A stretch of DNA of 64,000 bases from Eledone cirrhosa (taxonomy: Eukaryota), in contig OZ024741.1 in the NCBI GenBank assembly GCA_964016885.1, positions 99,572,001 through 99,636,000 on the forward strand, in the 5' to 3' direction. The notes under the pieces were generated by a model. The model ran no database searches. It had not been told where the DNA came from and worked only from the letters and a program-made list of their open reading frames with translations. Below are positions 53,373 through 64,000 of this stretch, in pieces. The stretch's first letter is position 1. Every line of letters starts with the position of its first letter. The translations under genes were made by a program, and so were the position numbers.

Positions 53373-55239
53373 GAATACAGGTGAGCAGAAATGAGATTAT
53401 ATGATATTCATGACTTTCTACTATGAGAAAAGTGAAATGATTACGTAATTGGGTCACACTGTAACGCACTTAGTAACATCTAACATTTCAGGAAATTGAC
53501 AGAATAATCAACATTTTTTAACTTGACTAACATTAATCATAATCAACCATGCATACACATTTTTTTACTTGAAGTTGTTGTTGTTTAACCTGAGGTCAAC
53601 CTTGATTGAGTAGACCTATGATCAAAGGCATTTTAGCTGTAACTATCTCTGTCCCCACCTTTTTTTTAATGAATATTTATCTACTTTAGCTTATGTGTCA
53701 TGTAGTTATCTTATTTTAAGATGCTAAAGTGTGATTAGAGGTAAATAAATTTTGCTGCAATTTTTAGCAGGTTGTGCAAGCAATTACTACCTCCCTCACT
53801 AGCAAGTGTGACATGGTTCCAGTGAGGTCTATATTAAAGCACTGGCTAATACCTAACATCCCAGGAAATTGACAAAACAACCAACATTTTCAAATTGACT
53901 GACTCCAGTCATAATCAACCATGCATACTTGCCCTTTACTTGAAGTTGTGATAGTGAGCGAACTACTACTATGTTGGTGTCTGTCTCATTTGCTAGCATT
54001 TTACTTGTGTAGCTGTTGGAGATATTTTATTCCATACATTTATATCAAATGTTTGTATTTTTCTATTCTGAGGCTTTACAGAACACCAGTCTGTCCACTC
54101 TTGTCTTGCTCTACAGTTTCTTTAGATGGTTTATGTAGCATGCTAGATGAGAAGAGGTAGCTCTAGATCAGCTCTTCTATTCCTTTGAGAAAGTGGGTGC
54201 TTTAAGTTGTCCCCCCCCCCCCCCCCTCCCATGGCTCTCCGACAGCATAGCTGATTCTGAGAGCGAAGAATGAATTCCAGTACTTAATTGATACTTTATT
54301 TAGAAAACTAAGAGGATAAAAAAAAACCCACATTGGCTGTAGCAAAATTTGGACTCAGAACTCAGAAAGCAAGTTGGCTATTTTTTTATTTTTTTTATTA
54401 AATACCTAAAAATTCTTGATTATCTTCAAAATGATTTAAAACTCAGACATCATATATTGCATAAAAATATTGCATGTAAAAGGTTAAAAGAATTAACTAT
54501 AAAATAGCATTGGCTAAATATTAAAGGTGTTGGACACTTTGATTCATTTACTACATAAATAAGTTCAAATTCTGCCAAAAATATTTGACAGTATTTTTGT
54601 GCAAAGAATTATGTAGTTGTTCAAGTGTACACAGCCATTTCTGAAAATCTGTTGGAAGTATAATGTAAAACTGACAATATTGCCCAGGAGAATCGGATTG
54701 AAAAACATTTGAAAGGCTAAGGATTGATGGATTAAAGTCAGAAGGAATCCTCATCAGTTTGCCATTAGAGACATCATAACTCCCAACAGAAATACCAAAC
54801 TTTCGGGGCTTTTAAACTTTGAAACCTTTATCTTTCTCCTCTACCTCCTCAGTTGCATTAAAATCTAGATTCAGGTGGATTTGTCACTTTCTGGATAACT
54901 TCAAACATTTTTTTCTTCTCTCTCTCTCTCATGGTAAAATAATTTATTCCACTTAGTGAACTTTCAGGGTATAACTGTTTGTAAGTGTAAGTGTGCATGT
55001 GTGTGTGTGTGTGTGTGTGTGTGCATATACATGTGTGTATACGTGTGCATATACGTGTGTGTGTGCTTGTTGGCTAGGGAGATCTTTGTTTATTTCTTAT
55101 GGTAAATAAATTCATTAAAGAATAATCAATGCAATGGAGATGATGCTGGAAGTCTGAAATGTTAATTCCTGTCTGGAAAAATTAGTCTGACATTGTTTAT
55201 CTCCTTCAGTCCTTTGTTTGCTATTCTTGTCTGTTGTAA

Positions 55240-55670
55240 TAGTTGTTTTTGTTGTTGGTACGACTGTTGCTGCTACCAGTGGTGGTGGTGGTGGTGGTGG
55301 TGTTGCTGCTCTGATTGTGGTGGTGGTGGTGGTGGTGTTGCTGCTCTGATTGTGGTGGTGGTGGTGGTTTTGGTGGTGGTGTTGCTGCTCTGATTGTGGT
55401 GGTGGTGGAAGTTGGTGATGCCAATACTTCAGTTGTTACTACAGCTGCTGATGATAATGCTAGTAGTAGTAGTAGTTGTTGTTGGTGTTCTGCTGATAAT
55501 GGTAGTGATAGTGGTGGTTATAGTGGGGAGTGATGATGCTGTTGGTGGTTGTGCTGGGGATACTGGTACTACTGTTGCTGCTACCAGTGGTGGTGGTGGT
55601 GATGATAGTGAGGCTGATGATGGTGGTGGTGGTGGTGGTGGTAATGTAGCAGGCTATTGTTATTGGTGTT
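55240..55670 (+). repeat. (GGT)n-rich repeat with ~30-bp unit GGTGTTGCTGCTCTGATTGTGGTGG
   Basis: Three units at 55290-55405 plus degenerate flanks. Confidence 0.85.
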
Positions 55671-56324
55671 GTGATCCATGCCTCTTGTTATTTTATGACA
55701 GATCTGATAATAACTGACATTTTGGTTTGAATCTGAATGAGCTGGACTGGCAGATCAATCTTATCTTCTGTCAAATGATAAAGCATTCACCCCTGCAAAC
55801 AACACTCCAATTTCTCCCTGTCTTATGCTTGTAAACTTTAATAAAAACTGAAACCTTCTATGGTAGATGTGTGTTGACCTTTTTTATTTCTTGTACATCC
55901 CACCACCACCACGTTAAATCTTTTTTTTTTTTTCTAATTGTGCACTTGGCTGTCCAACAGCAACACAAGTTACATATACATAGTTCCTTTAATGCAGTTC
56001 TTTTCTTTCTGTGTGTGTGTGCTTGCAAACACCCACATGCACACTTGTCTGTGTGCTCACATGCATGCACACTAACTTGTGTCACTTGTGTCTTCAGGGT
56101 GCAAGAGACTGTTGACACCTCTCATTTGCGATGCTTTTTTCCAAGATTTTAACTATAAAGAAATTAAATTGAAGCCCCTTGATACCAAACTGCTTGAAAA
56201 TGTTCATAGGTTCTTAGATGCAATGTTGTTCATTTTAAAGTGTTCCTATCTATATAAAAAAACAACCTTCCATCATAATTTTATGTAAAGAAAAAAACTT
56301 TTATGTTCCAAACACCCTCTTAAT

Positions 56325-57385
56325 AATGATTTCTACTTTAGGCAGAATGCCAGCAATTTTGGTGTGGAGGAAAGTTGATTATACCAAACCTAGTTCTTTA
56401 CTAGTACTTTACTTATTGATTCCAGAAGGATAAAAAACAAAGTTGACTGTGACAGGATTTGAACTCAGAATGTAAAGAGCCAGAATAAATAATGCTACAT
56501 ATTTCTCCACTGCTCTAACAATTTTGCCAATCCACTGCTTAAATAATAGCTAAGTTAGTTATATCAATAAATCCTTCCAAATTCATTATTATTTTCAAAA
56601 TATTAGGCAATGTCTTTAGATATAGTAATGAACAGAATCTTTTTCTCTATTACAATGACCTATTTTTGTTTGTTTTGAAATATAAAGAAACCTGGATTGG
56701 TTTGGGAGCTGTTATTGCCAGGAATGTGGCACCAGATAACCCAAATTTCACTTCAATCTTTGGCAGCAGAATAATGAGAATTTTTGACATTAGCCATAGA
56801 TTTATAGTAGGGCTCTTCCAGGGTCTATAAAATGAAGTACCAGTTACATACTATTTTCATACCATTTTCCCCATCCCCAAAATTGCTGGTCTTGTGCATA
56901 AATTAGAAATCATTATTATTATAATTATTATTATATAATAATAATAATTATTATTATTATTATATAACTCTATAGAGTTATATAATAATAATAACCCTTG
57001 CCATTCTGAGTTCAAATCCTGCCGAGGTTAGCTTTGCCTTTCATCCTTAAAATAAAGCACCAGTAATGCACTGGGTAATTGCTGGCTTTGTGCCAAACGT
57101 AGAAACAATTATTATTATATAGGGCAGTGAGATTGGTGGAATAACTAGCGAAATAAACTGCCTTGAAGTTTTTAGTTACAGAGCATCATCATTAGTAGGG
57201 TAATTGGTAAAATTGTTATAGCATTGTTAAAAAAAATAATTTTAAATTCTGATTTCAAATCCTTTGAGATCAACTTTGTCTTTCAATGTTCTGCAGTTGA
57301 TAAAATAAAGTACTAGTCAAGTATTGGGGTTGATTTAATCAACTTTCCCAATTTGCTGACCTTTAGCCTAAAGTAGAAACCATTA
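56325..57385. mobile_element. Cluster of SINE family A copies (56325-56540 minus; 56995-57112 and 57200-57385 plus)
   Basis: Family motifs present in each. Confidence 0.75.
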
Positions 57386-57439
57386 TTAGTAGTGTTGATG
57401 TTGAAGTATATGTATTATATGGAATATAAGATTGTAACT

Positions 57440-57534
57440 TTATATTTACTTTCATTTTGCCTTTTCTTTTTTTGTAGGTAAGTGTATTTACTGGTCTGGC
57501 AGTTGTCATGGTGTAACCTTTTAATCAGGTAGGA
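57440..57534 (+). promoter_or_regulatory. Candidate recursive splice site (AG|GTAAGT at 57477/57478) with 51-nt cryptic exon 57478-57528
   Basis: Long pyrimidine tract CTTTCATTTTGCCTTTTCTTTTTTTGTAG abutting a perfect GTAAGT; downstream donor CAG|GTAGGA at 57528/57529. Confidence 0.55.
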
Positions 57535-57644
57535 GCATAATATTATTGGTATCTTATATGGTTGGACTTTGCCATTCATTGAGAGATATCACATACGTGG
57601 ATATTGTATGATTCTTGTAGCTGTTGTTTGTTATAATAGTGGCA

Positions 57645-58465
57645 TGAAGGCATATGGCTTAGAGGTTAGAGGTTGTGTGTTCAATTCCCAGACTGGGCAG
57701 TGCGTTGTGACCTTAAACAAGACACTTTATTTCATGTTACTCCAGTTCAATCAGAAAAAATGAGTGCTATGCTACTGGTGCCAAGCTGCATTGGTCTTTG
57801 CCTTTCGGTGGCATGGAGAAGGGTGATTGGTATGCAAGAATGACTTTCACAAAACACCAGGCTTATGCCTTGGATGAAATATTTTAGGTGGAAACCCATG
57901 GTCAGTCATGACCAAAGGGGGCCTTCTTAGTATGGGTATTGCTCAGGCCAGTATTTCTTCCTCTGAACAGCAAAATCACCCACCTGCAACTAATCACACT
58001 TTGAATTATATCATATTTCCACCTGGTCATGGACCACACATAAACTAACATCAAACCATGTGACAATCAGGGTATGATGTCTACTTTACTGCTCAGATAT
58101 GATGATGATGATCATCATCATCATCATGGATCCTCTGTTGGTTTTGTCAAACAGCATTCAAACATTCGATCAATCATACATCTGGCTTATGAATAAGTGT
58201 GTAAATAGTTGAGTATTCCACATTGACATATACCCTTAACAAATGTAATTTTCTAGCAGATTCGGTGTGATACAATACCTGACAAGGCTGGACCTTTGAA
58301 TTACAAATCCAATCTATCTGACGAGTTACCACACATTTTCTGTCTACCCAATTTTATTCACAAGGCTTGGGTTGATCTGATGCTAATGTAAATGATGTCA
58401 CACAGTAGGATCAAACCTGGAACCTCATAATCATGAAGCAAACTTCTTAACCACAGTGCCATACC
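57645..58465. mobile_element. Two old SINE family C copies (57645-57925 plus; 58125-58465 minus)
   Basis: GAAGGCATATGGCTTAGAGGTTAG..TTCAATTCCC..CATGTTACTCCAGT; the second resembles the 85-402 element. Confidence 0.6.
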
Positions 58466-58889
58466 CAATGGAAAATATGTCTTAGTCAAATTTGAGAAGT
58501 ACATGCCAGCTTCATTCCCTTTTAGTTTATTTTAAGGATGTCAGTGAGAACTCAACATTAACTTCAACCATAGTGTAGCAATTGCTGCTGCTATTGCTAT
58601 TTTAGTACGTTGATGTATTTTGTACTTCAATTCAATTGAATACCCATTTTTCTTGCTTTTTTTCTCATTTGTCCTCTCTTGCCTCCCTTACTCACCCCCT
58701 TTTGCCTCTCCCCCTTTCCTCTCCCACTCCTCCTCTCCCTTCCCATACAAATTTGAGCCATTGTAAGAACTTTGAATCATCAAAGTACCAGTCCAGTAGT
58801 AGGAGTTGATATCATTACTATATAGCCCCACCTCCAACTGCCACTACACTTGGAGATCTTGTACTTCTGGTAGAAATGAACTAGAGTGG

Positions 58890-59747
58890 ACTGGGTGAAA
58901 TGTTAGTGTCTGACAAAATACTTTGCAATGTTTGTTCTTGCCAGCTCTTTACATTCTGAGTTCAAATCCTGCTGAGGTCAACTTTGTCTTTCCTTCTTCT
59001 AGAGTCGATATTTGTGGACTTTTTCCTATGTCAGAAATTATTATTATTATCTGTGTATTGGCAGTATCAGTTGAGTGTTGGCCCTTTACATTCTGAATTC
59101 AAATCACGCCGAGATGAGCTTTGTATTTCATTCTTATGGGGATCCATAATATAAAGTACTAGTAACATGCTAGGATCAATTTAATCGACTTTCTCCTTCC
59201 CTTCAAATTGTTGGCCTTGTGACCAAAGTAGAAACAATTATTAATCTGTGTATTGTAAAACATGACTAATAGAGCTGGTGTCAGAAAGGGCATCCTACTA
59301 TATAACACTTCCCCCAGTATGCTAGCATGGAAAAGCAAACATAAAAACTACTACTACTACCACTAATTATTCTTCTTAGAAAGTATAATTGATAAAGTGC
59401 CTTGAGGTATTCAGTTAGATTATTCTACATTCTAAATCCAAATTTCTTTGGAGTTAGGTTTGCCTTTTACCCTTCTGGGGGTTGATAAAATAATGCACCC
59501 GTTTAGCTACTGAGAGTTGATTCAATTAACTGTTTGTTCTCCCATCCCATTTTGTTTTAGTTTTCATTTGGCAGTATGGGTATAGGGTTGGACGCCATGC
59601 TTTCCAGCATAGTTACGTCCCTTTGCGGTCTGAGTTCAAATCCCGTTGAGGTTAACTTTGCCTTTCATCCTTACGGGGTCGATAAAATAAAGTACCAGTA
59701 ATGTACTGGGTAATTGATGGCCTTGTGCCAAAAGTAGAAACAATTAT
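58890..59747 (+). mobile_element. Cluster of SINE family A copies, including a young copy at 59568-59747
   Basis: Family motifs; 59568-59747 is near-identical to 9088-9273. Confidence 0.85.
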
Positions 59748-61004
59748 TTCCCTTTTCTTTACACGTTTTCATGTAAGCCCACACTGTATCATCCTGTACA
59801 GTCCTTGCTCTTTATGTTAAACCCTTCTGGTTAAAAAAGAAATCAGTATTATTATTTTCTTTTTTATTATTATGTTGAAGCTTTTTTATTATTATGTTGA
59901 AGACAAGCATTGCATAGCACCAAACATCTTCTTCCCATTTACTATCACACCTGCAGTCATAAACCACCTGGACATCACAAATGGGAGGCAGTAGACCGAA
60001 TCTCATCATGCTGGCAGGTGAGAGCAGAACAGGCAACTAAAAAGGAATGGGAGAGGCAGGGTTGGTGTCTGTTGAGGTAGCAGTAGCAGCCAATCTTATA
60101 GGAGTGTGTGTAGGATTGGTGGAAGGAGATAAATTGAAGGTGTGGAATGAATTAAATTACCTTCCATTCAAGTATGACATAGTGGAAGGACCAGATATGT
60201 AGTTTCTAGTTTAGCGTTTGCTCCACTATAGGGTTGAATTAACTTTTAAAATAAGCAAAATAAACACAGGGTATCAAAAGAAGAGGAGCACCTTTTCATT
60301 AAAATTAAATATATTCATTAAAAAAAAAAAAAAAATTGCAGAATTGATGGTGGGTGGCTATAATTAATCTTGCCCTTCTCTATCCGCTGTGTCTGTTTGA
60401 TGGTGATGTTGGTGATGATAATGATGATGATGGTAGTGGCCAAAGATGATGCAGATAGTAGTGGTTAGGATGGGGATGGCGGTGGTGGTTATGAAGATAG
60501 TGATGTTGGTGAGGATGGTGATAATGATGCTGGTGGCCATGAGGATGGTGATGATATAAATATATGCCCTAGTCTTTATTTCAAACCCTTTCATGTCTGA
60601 ACTACTTATATACTGATCATAACCAATACTCCAAGTCTGTCTCTGATGTCACTAAATCCAATTACTACCAACCATACCCCAACTCTGCTAGTAGCTGTCC
60701 TTACTGACCCTTTAGTTCTAATACAATTACTATGACCAGCACCAATACAATCAATTAGTATCACCAAACACCAACACTAGCCAACGCTATTATCCCCTCT
60801 CCAAGAAACATGTTTATACGAGCCAAACAAGGGGATTTCTGCAGGGGCATTTAAACTGCAAGAAATAGCAGCCAAAATCTACTTAGAAAATGAAAACACT
60901 TTGGATAATGTATAGTCTTAGATACATAGACATGAAGGATGGGAAGGCTGGAATGATTTTGATCATAGGTCTGTATGTTTAATCAGAACTGACCTAGGGT
61001 GAAA

Positions 61005-61500
61005 CACTACTAAAACTACTACTACAACCACCACAGTAACTATTTCTCTGCTGCTACTACTACTACTATTGCCACCTCTGTCAATGACTACTACTACTAC
61101 TGCCACAATCTCAGCTACTCTTACTTGAACCACCACTACCACCACAGCTGTATATTTTGCTGCTGCTACTACTACTACTACTACTAAAACATTTCTACTA
61201 TTTTACCACCACCACCATACCATCACCACTCTGTAATCTGGGATGACATAATAATACCCCTTCCTCATTCCCTTCTTTTTCTCTCTCCTGCCACTTCCCT
61301 CAAACTCTACTTCTCCCTCTCCTAATCACCTTTCATCATTCATCCAATTACTGCCACCAACATTGACACTACTACTACTACCTCTACTACTAATCTACTA
61401 TTACTACTACTATTGCTGCTGCTAGTGCTACTTTCACTACTACTACTACTACTACAGTTACTGCTATTACTACTGCTACTATTGCTGCTGCTACTACTTC
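61005..61500 (+). repeat. (CTA)/(CTG)/(CCA) low-complexity repeats
   Basis: Direct inspection. Confidence 0.8.
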
Positions 61501-62230
61501 TACAAGAGAATTAAAGAAAAATATTTTTGATACAGAAGTAGACAGGATGGGGTGGAAGGGCATTGACAAATCACCACTACACCACCACCACCATTAAAAG
61601 CTACATTAATCAAACTAATGATCTCTTTCATCTATACAAGGTAACAGATCAAGCAGAGGATATATGGATTTCAATTGCTAGGCAGTATATAACTGGTATT
61701 TTTAGTTTTAATGACAACCAGTGAGGAAGTCTCTTGAACTTGTGAATAGCAAGCAACTTTCTTTTAAATCACGTTGTAAACAACTTTTTTCTTTTTACTG
61801 TTTAATTCAGAGAGAGAAAGGCAAAGCCCATGACCCATGTCAGGGCCTCAGAGACTCGTATGAAGGTGAGAAAAATATATCCTCAAACCCAAAGTTTTAG
61901 CGTAAATGCTTGTAATTGAGTGGACTCTGTTCAAGACACTCAAGGGACAAGTGATGTGTTAAACTGGGCAGACTAAGCCTGCCACCCATGTAGGCCCTGG
62001 CCAAGACAAGCTCAGAATATAAAGTTCCACAACCAATACCACAAAGCATCACTACCAACATTCTAACAATTCCATCCTGGACTGGTACTTTGTCTTAACA
62101 ACTCCAAAAGGATGAAAGGCTAAGTTGACCTCAGCAGGATATGAACTCAGTGCAGAGAACTAGAACAAATATTTTAATGCATTTGTATGTGATCTAACAA
62201 CCTTCAATTCACTGCTTTAACTTCTAGTTT

Positions 62231-62375
62231 CCTCTACTGGAACCTTCTGGTGTCCTTGGCCTTAGGGCCACCTTCCTACTTACCACCATCAGCACAGTTT
62301 TGGCTACCCACAGGTGTGAGTCTCACAAGCTGAAATGACTCTTCCAGCATGTCTTCCTCACCATTCTCAGAATCA
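62231..62375 (+). pseudogene. CRE-clade retrotransposon endonuclease relic
   Basis: LEPSGVLGLRATFLLTTISTVLATHRCESHKLK*LFQHVFLTILR aligns by eye with the 43303-43584 relic (ETSGVLG...C[DE]PREVEWLFQHVSL). Confidence 0.6.
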
Positions 62376-62856
62376 GCCAATGAACGAGTCCCTATGTAAA
62401 CACTTGACTTGCTAGAAATAACAGCCATAGCTTCTTGACATCATACTCAAATCATCTTAATAATAATGAAAATTATTGTACACAATAATTTTCAGGATTG
62501 TTATTAAGATGATTAGAGTATGATGTCAAGAAGATTTAAAGAAATGGCATATTGAGTAATGTAGTCCAAGATACACTGCTTGAAAATAAAATGTAAGGAT
62601 CAGAGTTAGAACCACTTTGATTATAAACCTAGTTGATCAAAGCTGACCTGGGGCTAATCAGTAACCCTTGTTTCCCAGAAGGATAAATATCTGGGACTTA
62701 AAGCCAGAACTGTCTTTAATAACAACTACAATAATAACACTAATGGCCTCATATAGGCACAAGATTTTACATATTGTGGAGATGGTTATGGTTGAAGGCT
62801 GTACTTAACTGGTACTAATGTTATGGACCACAGAATGATGAAATGCAAACAAGTCC

Positions 62857-63720
62857 ACTCACAACTTCCACCTTCACTCACTTCCACTCTCACTCACTCA
62901 CGTCCACTCTTACTCCCGTCAACTCTCACTCACGTCCACTCTCACTCACGTCCACTCTCACTCACGTCCACTCTCACTCACGTCCACTCTCTCTCACATC
63001 CACTCTCTCTCACGTCCACTCTCTCTCATGTCCACTCTCTCTCACGTCCACTCTCTCTCATGTCCATTCTCTCACGTCCACTCTCACGTCCACTCTCACG
63101 TCCACTCTCTCACGTCCACTCTCACGTCCACTCTCTCACGTCCACTCTCTCACGTCCACTCTCTCACGTCCACTCTCTCACCTCCACTCTCTCACCTCCA
63201 CTCTTTCTCACGTCCACTCTTTCTCACGTCCACTCTCTCTCATGTCCACTCTCTCTCACATCCACTCTTTCTCACGTCCACTCTTTCTCACGTCCACTCT
63301 CTCACGTCCACTCTCTCTCACGTCCACTCTTTCTCACGTCCACTCTTTCTCGCGTCCACTCTTTCTCGCGTCCAATCTCTCTCACGTCCAATCTCTCTCA
63401 CGTCCACTCTCTCTCGCGTCCAATCTCTCTCGCATCCACTCTCTCTCGCGTCCACTTTCACTCACGTCCACTCTTTCTCGCGTCCAATCTCTCTCACGTC
63501 CAATCTCTCTCACGTCCACTCTCTCTCACGTCCACTCTCTCTCACGTCCACTCTTTCTCACGTCCACTCTCTCTCGCGTCCAATCTCTCTCGCATCCACT
63601 CTCTCTCGCGTCCACTTTCACTCACGTCCACTCTCTCTCACGTCCACTCTCACTCACTTCCACTCTCACTCTCTTCCACTCTCACTCTCTTCCACTCATA
63701 CTTACTTCCCTTCTCTCACA
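62857..63720 (+). repeat. 14-16-bp minisatellite CTCTCTCTCACGTCCA
   Basis: Dozens of tandem units; explains the three ORFs at 62823-63751. Confidence 0.97.
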
Positions 63721-64000
63721 CCCACACATACATAAGATTGTGATGGGGTAAGAGAGGGAGGGATTTTTAACTTGTATAAAAAATAGTGCAGTAGTTTTTG
63801 TGAGGTAATGGTGGTGGTGAAGGAGGAAAAGTAAGATAATAAAAGGTGTACAAGAGATATAACAGGGTGTCCAATGATGAAATAGAGAGAAAGGATAGAG
63901 TGAGATAGAGGAGTGAATGTTGATAAAACAAGGAGAAGTCCCTATTTTGCAATGATGTCTTGTTACAGGATATTACACCCTAAAGCTGTACAGACAGGCC

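Noticed and set aside
58098-58128. (GAT)n(CAT)n palindrome
   Set aside because: Simple trinucleotide tails abutting; low information.
62823-63751. ~300 aa SRPL/HVHS ORFs; CRISPR-like periodicity
   Set aside because: Minisatellite with no unique spacers; eukaryotic context, no cas genes.

Overview
AT-rich, repeat-dense eukaryotic DNA. The SINE, MITE and LINE repertoire matches what I recall of octopod cephalopod genomes; species not determinable. No convincing protein-coding exon was found, and all long ORFs are microsatellite read-throughs. The first ~8.5-9 kb retains many CpGs while the rest is CpG-depleted, and plausible splice signals lie on the + strand. This suggests the promoter/5' end of a + strand gene followed by >50 kb of methylated intron (inference). 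The intron holds many tRNA-derived SINEs, piggyBac-type TTAA MITEs, a Helitron, RTE/Tx1/CRE LINE relics and large (CT)-rich arrays. Most notable: a candidate recursive splice site (poly-Y-TAG|GTAAGT at 57477/57478) with a 51-nt stop-containing cryptic exon; a ~2.5 kb non-coding Penelope-like element with an inverted 5' end, terminal direct repeats and a degenerate hammerhead ribozyme (33451-36009); several fold-back palindromes at (TA)n tracts; and three CRE-clade endonuclease relics.
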